64,000 nt of DNA from Obrimoposthia wandeli. Taxonomy: Eukaryota. Both the position numbers and the translations under genes were made by a program. The stretch's first letter is position 1; each line of letters opens with the position of its first letter. Below the pieces are notes generated by a model. That model was not told the DNA's origin, searched no databases, and worked only from the letters and a program-made list of their open reading frames with translations. The DNA is taken from positions 124,001 through 188,000 of the forward strand of contig CDROCS010002078.1 of assembly GCA_977020255.1 (NCBI GenBank). The letters are read 5' to 3'. This document shows positions 14,848 through 22,300 of this stretch, one piece after another.

Positions 14848-15312
14848 TGTTGGGGTTTCTATTTGAAACTCTTATTCAAGTATATCCTCGTATGGAGGCC
14901 CCGAATGCGAGTTCTGTAGCGATATGGCTTCTGAAATAATGGAGTCTGAGTTCTTCTTCGCGAACTAATGAAGTCTGAGTGTTTCTTCCCAAACTAATTG
15001 AGTCTGGGTTCCGCGACTAATAGGTTCCCGTTCTTCTTACTTAACTAAATTTCAACTTCCTTTTCGAAATCCACTCATCCTCTCCCACTAGATTTATCTT
15101 GCTCGGCTCTTTCTCACACTGTTCTCCTCATTTCACACACATTTCCCACGACCTTTTCAAGGTCTTAATTTATTTTAATTCGATATTTTATTCTAAAATC
15201 AATTTATTTTTAATTTTCTATTTAAATTTATTTCGACTTTTGATTTTAATATATTTTTTTTTAATATAAATCATTATTTTATTTATTTAATTCAATTTTC
15301 TTTAATCTAACA
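14848..15312 (-). mobile_element. Solo LTR (465 bp) of a family related to the giant element
   Basis: On the minus strand it starts TGTTAG and ends TAGAAACCCCAACA, the same termini as the giant element's LTR. Flanked by a 4-bp TSD ATTT (14844-14847, 15313-15316). Contains three ~30-bp internal repeats. Confidence 0.85.
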
Positions 15313-15904
15313 ATTTTAATGTACAAAATTAACAATTTTAACCGAAATATCCGTACTTTCATCTACTGTTGTGTGCAAATTTGATTTTTGCATTTCATTA
15401 ATCATTTCTTTCACTGACCCTGACTTATTAATAAAGACATCGACATTTTATAATCTGTATTCGTAAAATCATATACCATAATAATTTCTTCAGTTCTCAC
15501 CGTCGGTACATATTTATAATTTAATTAAAAGCTAAAATATTAATGATACCTTTAAACCCCATCCTAAAATATTATTTTCATTAAAGGGAAATATTTCATG
15601 TTGTGTTATATAATTCTTATAAATATCATGTTAATTATTTTTATATCCTACAATATCAGTTGCATAATCATGAAGGTGAAATTACAGGTAGAGTTTGAAT
15701 TTTTGTGAATGTATAAAATAATAAATTTGTTAGGTTTGAGAATTAAGAAATTTAAATATTTTAGTCGATTAAATACTAAAATAAAAATCCTTGAAAGCAA
15801 GGTTGAAAATTAAATTAAATATTAATTTTAGTTTTAGAATTGAAATTAGTGGAATTTAGGGTAAAAATTAGGAGGACCACGAAGGTCGTGTATAATGTGA
15901 AATG

Positions 15905-15911
15905 TATAAAA
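15905..15911 (+). promoter_or_regulatory. Candidate TATA box in LTR U3
   Basis: TATAAAA ~180 bp into the LTR, upstream of a strong splice donor. Positional inference only. Confidence 0.4.
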
Positions 15912-16015
15912 GTTAGATTAATTAACCCAAAAGTGCAACAAAAGACACATTAACTAAGCAAAGAAGAAAAAAGGGAACAATATCGAACGTCAATCAAAAT
16001 CGAACGTCAATCAAG

Positions 16016-16066
16016 GTAAGCACATTTTCGTGCAGTTAAATTGGAGTGTTTAAAATTAATTTTCAG
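16016..16066 (+). other. Candidate 51-nt mini-intron / splice donor inside the LTR
   Basis: AAG|GTAAGC ... TAATTTTCAG|CTG: canonical donor and acceptor. Also present in both duplicated copies in the 3' LTR. Confidence 0.45.
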
Positions 16067-16596
16067 CTGCCGCAAAAGACTCCAGTTGAAACCGCTGTCG
16101 ACATTGCTGACTGACAGACAGGAGTTGCAGAATCGACTATAAAAGTCGTCGACAAGAAAACGAAATACACAACCGGAAAAAGCAATATCCCAATCTACTG
16201 AGAAATAGACCACAAAAAACCAAGGAAAACCAACATTGTCCCTAGCAGCAACAAGGTGGTTTTGTGATAGACTTGGAGATTTAATTATTGATTTAGCAAA
16301 CTAACTGATTGGGAAATTCTCACGTTTCGTCACACAAGACTTAAAGATCAATCTATCACGGATTTGGGCAACGTCGTAACAGCGACATACAAATCGATTC
16401 TATTCAACCGAACTCGATCTATCACGGAGCAGAGCTTGTGAACCAGTTCAATTGTTGTTCCAGTCAGCACTATATCAGCGAATTTTCATTCGGCAATTCA
16501 AATTCAGTCAGCCGATCGGTTTTTGTGTTCGATCTCAGTATATTCCGGAACGCTTCAGGATATCTCAACCTCGAGACAAAAAACGTAAGAGAGATT

Positions 16597-16948
16597 ACTA
16601 AAATTTGTCTCAATTGTCCTAAAGTTGTCATAAAGTTTGACACTAAAATTGTCTCAATTGTCCTAAAGTTGTCATAAAGTTTGACACTAAAATTGTCTAA
16701 ATTGTCCTAAAGTTGTCATAAAGTTTGACACTAAAATTGTCTAAATTGTCCTAAAGTTGTCATAAAGTTTGACACTAAAATTGTCTAAATTGTCCTAAAG
16801 TTGTCATAAAGTTTGACACTAAAATTGTCTAAATTGTCCTAAAGTTGTCATAAAGTTTGACACTAAAATTGTCTAAATTGTCCTAAAGTTGTCATAAAGT
16901 TTGACACTAAAATTGTCTAAATTGTCCTAAAGTTGTCATAAAGTTTGA
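16597..16948. repeat. 44-bp tandem array in the LTR (~8 units)
   Basis: GACACT recurs exactly every 44 bp (16639-16903, 7 occurrences). The 3' LTR has the same count (38877-39141). Confidence 0.95.
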
Positions 16949-17329
16949 AGAGAAGTTTTGTCTAAATTGCCATAAAAGTTTGAAGAGAAGTTTTTGTCTA
17001 AATTGCCATAAAAGTTTGAAGAGAAGTTTTGTCTAAATTGCCATAAAAGTTTGAAGAGAAGTTTTTGTCTAAATTGCCATAAAAGTTTGAAGAGAAGTTT
17101 TGTCTAAATTGCCATAAAAGTTTGAAGAGAAGTTTTGTCTAAATTGCCATAAAAGTTTGAAGAGAAGTTTTTGTCTAAATTGCCATAAAAGTTTGAAGAG
17201 AAGTTTTGTCTAAAATTGCCATAAAAGTTTGAAGAGAAGTTTTTGTCTAAATTGCCATAAAAGTTTGAAGAGAAGTTTTGTCTAAATTGCCATAAAAGTT
17301 TGAAGAGAAGTTTTGTCTAAATTGCCATA
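16940..17329. repeat. 35/36-bp tandem array in the 5' LTR (11 units)
   Basis: Unit AAAGTTTGAAGAGAAGTTTT(T)GTCTAAATTGCCAT(A). 11 units here versus 6 in the 3' LTR (39178-39390). Confidence 0.95.
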
Positions 17330-17824
17330 GTTTTGGTATAAAGATAAAAGTTTGCCATTAAAGTTAAATTGGGAATTAAAGTTAGAGTTTGACATAAAAG
17401 TCACATTAATTTGAAAATCTATAACTTGAGCTTATTCGCGAGTTAGAGGAACGACTCTAAAAACTCGATCACCCTTAACATAAAATCGATACGTGGTTCA
17501 TCCCCACTTGTTGTAGAGACTTACAGAAGTCTTAGGAATTTTTACTATACTTTTTAGAAAATACGTACATAAACGTATTGTTGTGTTTTAGTTTCGTGAA
17601 TTACAAATAAACAATTTCCTACATTAGAACAAGTTGTTTTTGCACCCTTCAGAATAAGAGACATCAAATCAAATACCTTCAGATAGTACAAGAGATAGGC
17701 AACCATAACACTAAGTAGGCCACGACCAACTTTAAGACCTGCTTCTAATCGAACTCACGTTGGGGCCCTCCGCACTCAAGAGGATCTATACAAAGTTTCG
17801 TATAGAAACCCCAACATATTAAAG

Positions 17825-17842
17825 TGGTGCCCCGAGTGAGGA
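17825..17842 (+). promoter_or_regulatory. Primer-binding site complementary to the 3' end of elongator tRNA-Met
   Basis: TGGTGCCCCGAGTGAGGA is 17/18 identical to the complement of the recalled vertebrate tRNA-Met(e) 3' end (TGGTGCCCCGTGTGAGGA). It lies 8 nt downstream of the LTR end. Confidence 0.8.
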
Positions 17843-17870
17843 TAGCTCGTCGGACACAGCGAATTCACGT

Positions 17871-18170
17871 AGAATAAGTTCAGATAAGTTTTGGAAAATT
17901 GAGAATAAGTTTCAGGTGAATAGAATAAGTTCAGATAAGTTTCAGATAATTGAGAATAAGTTTCAGGTAAACAGAATAAGTACAGATATTAAGAATAAGT
18001 TTCAGATATTAAGAATAAGTTTCAGATATTAAGAATAAGTTTCAGATATTGAGAATAAGTTTCAGATAAATTGAGAATAAGTTTCAGATAAATTGAGAAT
18101 AAGTTTCAGCAGAAGAATATAGACAATTGAGAATAAGTTTCAGAAGAAGAGATAAGTAAATTGAGATAAG
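17871..18170. repeat. ~20-bp degenerate tandem array in the 5' leader
   Basis: Repeating (ATT/G)AGAATAAGTTTCAGAT units. Confidence 0.9.
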
Positions 18171-18703
18171 AATTTGATAAGTTTTGAGAAATCGAGTAGA
18201 TTTGTTCCTCGAAGTTAAGAATTTGATAAGTTTTGAGAAATCGAGTAGATTTGTTCCTCGAAGTTAAGAATTTGATAAGTGTTGAGAAATCGGGTAGATT
18301 TGTTCCTCGAAGTTAAGAATTTGATAAGTTTTTGAGAAATCGAGTAGATTTGTTCCTCGAAGTTAAGAATTTGATAAGTTTTGAGAAATCGAGTAGATTT
18401 GTTCCTCGAAGTTAAGAATTTGATAAGTGTTGAGAAATCGAGTAGATTTGTTCCTCGAAGTTAAGAATTTGATAAGTGTTGAGAAATCGGGTAGATTTGT
18501 TCCTCGAAGTTAAGAATTTGATAAGTTTTGAGAAATCGAGTAGATTTGTTCCTCGAAGTTAAGAATTTGATAAGTGTTGAGAAATCGGGTAGATTTGTTC
18601 CTCGAAGTTAAGAATTTGATAAGTTTTTGAGAAATCGGGTAGATTTGTTCCTCGAAGTAAGAATTCGATAAGTTTTGAGAAGTCGAGTGGATTTGTTCCT
18701 CGA
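18168..18703. repeat. 49-bp tandem array (11 units) in the 5' leader
   Basis: GTTCCTCGA recurs every 48-50 bp from 18204 to 18695. Confidence 0.95.
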
Positions 18704-18720
18704 GTCAGTAAATTTTATAA

Positions 18721-18931
18721 GTGAGAATCGAGTGGATTGATACTCGAAGTAATTAATTGAATAAGTTAAGTCGGGAGACTCTGTCCTCGAACTAATTAAA
18801 AAGATAAAAATCGTAAATAAATTGATAAAGTGAGAATCGAGTGGATTGATACTCGAAGTAATTAATTGAATAGGTTAAGTCGGGAGACTCTGTCCTCGAA
18901 CTAATTAAAGAGATAAAAAATCGTAAAATAA
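18721..18931. repeat. ~109-bp tandem duplication in the 5' leader
   Basis: GTGAGAATCGAGTGGATTGATACTCGAAG...AAAAATCGTAAA occurs twice (18721, 18830). Confidence 0.9.
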
Positions 18932-19350
18932 GAATTGTGAAATAAGATAAAAATAATAAGTATATTGATATAGTAAACGAATACATAATTGATAAGACAA
19001 CGGATAATAGAAAAGGACCCGCGTTTAATACTAGAAGACAAAGCCAGATTCCCAAGGAAGAGACAAATAATAATAAAGTTAACCGAATTGAACAGGTTCC
19101 CCAAACAGATAACAAAGTAACAGAAAAGACTAGAGTCGAAGAAAACGTATCAGAAAGAGACGTAAATCAATCAGCAGTTTCAACCGATAGTTTTGATCTG
19201 ACTGAGTTAATTGGTGACATAAACCCAGAAGAAATTGATAATCTTGAAGTTCAAAACCCAGAAGAAATTGAAATTGCCAATCCAGTAGTTATTGAAGAAG
19301 TTCAAGTAAATAATATTGAAGGAATAGTTGAAGAGGATATAGCTGAAAAT

Positions 19351-22300
19351 ATGGCTCACCCAGGAGCTCAAGCAGATATTAATGCAGGAAATAATGTAGG
19401 TGAAATGAATGCCGAGCAGTTGGCACGAGCTTTAAATGCGACGTTGAGACCCAATTTTTCAGGATCATTGCAGATTACAAAGTTTAAAGGAGATGAGGAA
19501 AGTATTTGTGACTTCCTCGCAGAATATTCGAGTTGTGCAGATGTTCAAGGATGGAACGATAAAGAAAAATGTGTCAGAGTACAGGCACACTTAACCGGAT
19601 TAGCACTTGAAGTGTATAAACATTTGACAGAAGCAGAACGTTTAGATTGGCCAACGTTGGAAAATGCTTTTATTGGAAAATTGGTATTAGGAGACTTAGC
19701 CAAAGTAAATAAGCGACTCATGAGAGAACGGAAACAGAAACATGATGAAGGCGTGAATGAATACGCGTATGTTTTGAGAACCTTGGCCGCAAGAGCGTAC
19801 CCAAGAAGAATAATGAGAAATCAGGACGGTAATCCTGTAGCTCCAGAAGCACAAGCAGCGGAAAATGACCGGAACCAAAATGAAATGGCAGAGGTTTTGT
19901 TAGATATATTTAGAGGAGGATTGAAAAAGGATATTAAAGTGTTATTAGCAGTATCGGATACAAATGATTTTGATAACGCCGTACGAAAGGCGAGAGAGAT
20001 TGAGAAAAATATAAAAAATAACGCAGCATTGGCAATTTACGCAATGACTGCAGGTGACGACGATAAGACAAAGGTCTTCGTGAATAAAACAGAACCGAGT
20101 AATTTTCAGAATCGAAATTATGGACAAAATAAGTTCGAAAAAGTAGATGAATCCAGTAACGGAAATAGAGATAATTTCCGAAGTAGGAATCGAGATGATT
20201 CGAGAGGTAGAAATAATAGTGAGTCTTGGAACAGGAATCGAGATGATTCAAGAGGTAGAAATAATAATGATTCGTGGAATAGAAATAGAGATGATTCCAG
20301 GAATAGATTTAATAGAGATAATTCAGGAAATCGCCAACCTTGGAGAGGAGACGATAGGAATTATAACGCCAACAGAGGAGAGCGAAGTGACTCTCGATTT
20401 GGAAATAATACAGGAAATAGCGACGGAAGATTCAATAATCGAGGAAGCGGTTTTGAATTGAATTTCCGAAGAAATGATTTTAGAGGACGCTATGATAATA
20501 GACAGAATAGTCGTCGAGTACAGTTCGAAGATGAACAAAATAAGATAGATATTCGAGGGAGAATAATGTGTTATACGTGTAAGCAAATGGGTCACTATTC
20601 GAGAGATTGTACGAGAAGTAAAGAGTTCGGAACTAACAGATTTGGAAATAATAATTTCGGTAATAATAATTTTGGAAATAATTACAGAGGATATAATTCA
20701 CCTCCGCCATGGAATAGAGGTGGTGGATATACTCCACAGCCATGGAGACTGAATAATCAGTATACAGATAGACAACAGTCACCAGGTAGATACAATAACT
20801 ATGCAGACAGACAGCAAGGAGCTGAGAGATACAATAATTACGTAGGACAGCAAGGAGCTGAGAGATATAATAATTCCGGTAGATATAATAATAATAATAA
20901 TGTTGACAAGACAAATAGTCGTGAGAGTTCGCCGAAACCGAAAGGAAATTTTAGTTATGTAAGCGATGACAGTGATAGGAATCGCGAAACCGAGCTGCGA
21001 CGCGAAATAGATTTTGAGGATAGTGATAGTAAATTTGAACGAATGTTGGGAATAATTAAAGATTCACCACATACAAAGATGGCAAATTCATCTACGTTGT
21101 CGAAACAAGAGAAAAGTCTACATTCGAGAGAAGAGATGAATGATTTAATGAATAGAATATTAGAAGCGTATGAGACACCAATAGAGAAAACGTGTAACGC
21201 ACAACCTATGACTGATCATGTAGAAGCAGCAAGAAATGCTACGAGTATGGAAAATGTAAAAAAGATAATTAGTGAAGCTAAGGAGACGTTAAATCAACCG
21301 TTAGATGAAACGAGTGAAGCTCCAGAAGTTTTGGCCAAATTGCAAACAATTAAAGTGCACCGATTGGAAGAAGTGCGTGCAGAATTGGTTAAACATAGTC
21401 ATGATAACTTGGGTTACAAAGAAGTACCCCGAGGACTACTGAAAGGTTATGGTCGTTATGTACAGAGATCAAACCAAAAAGGAACGATGAAAATTTCACT
21501 TCGATTAATTTCCGGACAGATAATACATGAAAAACTTAACGTGTATCAAACAATGAAAACGATTCGGAAAAAGTTGGCTGAGAAACTTGAAATTGATGGA
21601 ATGAATATGTTGTTCCATTATAAAGGGAGATCACTAGATGATGAGGACGTACCAGTCGAGTTTGGATATCCGATAGGAAATGAATTAGAGGAAAAAATTG
21701 ATGTCATCACTGTAGGACGTCAAGAGTTAGTAGATAATGAAGGATTAACCGAGATATTGAATTCTGCGTTAGAAATGATAAAAACGCCTATAGAAATTTT
21801 AGACAGTTCAAGTGAAAGCGGAGATAATGATGTAGCTGAAGCTTGGAACAAGACATCCACACCAGAACCATACGTAGCTGAATTACAAGACGTGGAACTA
21901 GAAAATGAGTTGACGACTCCAGTGGTCGAAGTACCACCAGAACCAGAAATAATTCAAACCAGACAAGATGAAGTCACGGATACAGCTAACCAAGTGAGAC
22001 AAAGCGAAACCGTAACCCAACTAGTAGGAGAAGACGAAGTCTCCGAGATTGTAGATTTGGATTCACCAATTTGGCATGCTGCATACAAAGATAGACAAGC
22101 AGAGCAGATGATGCGACAAAATGAAGAGATTGGCCATGAAGAAGGACCAAGTCAAGAGATACAGTATAATGATGAAACGTATGATCCAGGAGAGAATCAA
22201 GCTGAGTATCAGTATTTTCGAAGAGGACCTGGAAGACCTAGAAAAGGCAAAAGTATATTACGAAATGTTCTAACTGCACCACAAACTGATGAAGAAAGAC

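Larger units (their letters stand above)
15728..17816 (+). repeat. 5' LTR (2,089 bp)
   Basis: Direct repeat of 37368-39877. By-eye comparison found only two substitutions (16253 A vs 37893 C; 16372 C vs 38012 A) plus two structural differences. Confidence 0.97.

Noticed and set aside
16007-16677. Short ORFs in the LTRs (16007-16213, 16438-16677 and their copies at 37647, 38245, 38676)
   Set aside because: Non-ATG or short, with no recognisable motifs; they recur only because the LTR is repeated.
16597-18703. CRISPR-like appearance of the 44-, 35/36- and 49-bp arrays
   Set aside because: The units are head-to-tail with no unique spacers, there are no cas genes, and the context is eukaryotic. 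These are LTR and leader tandem repeats.
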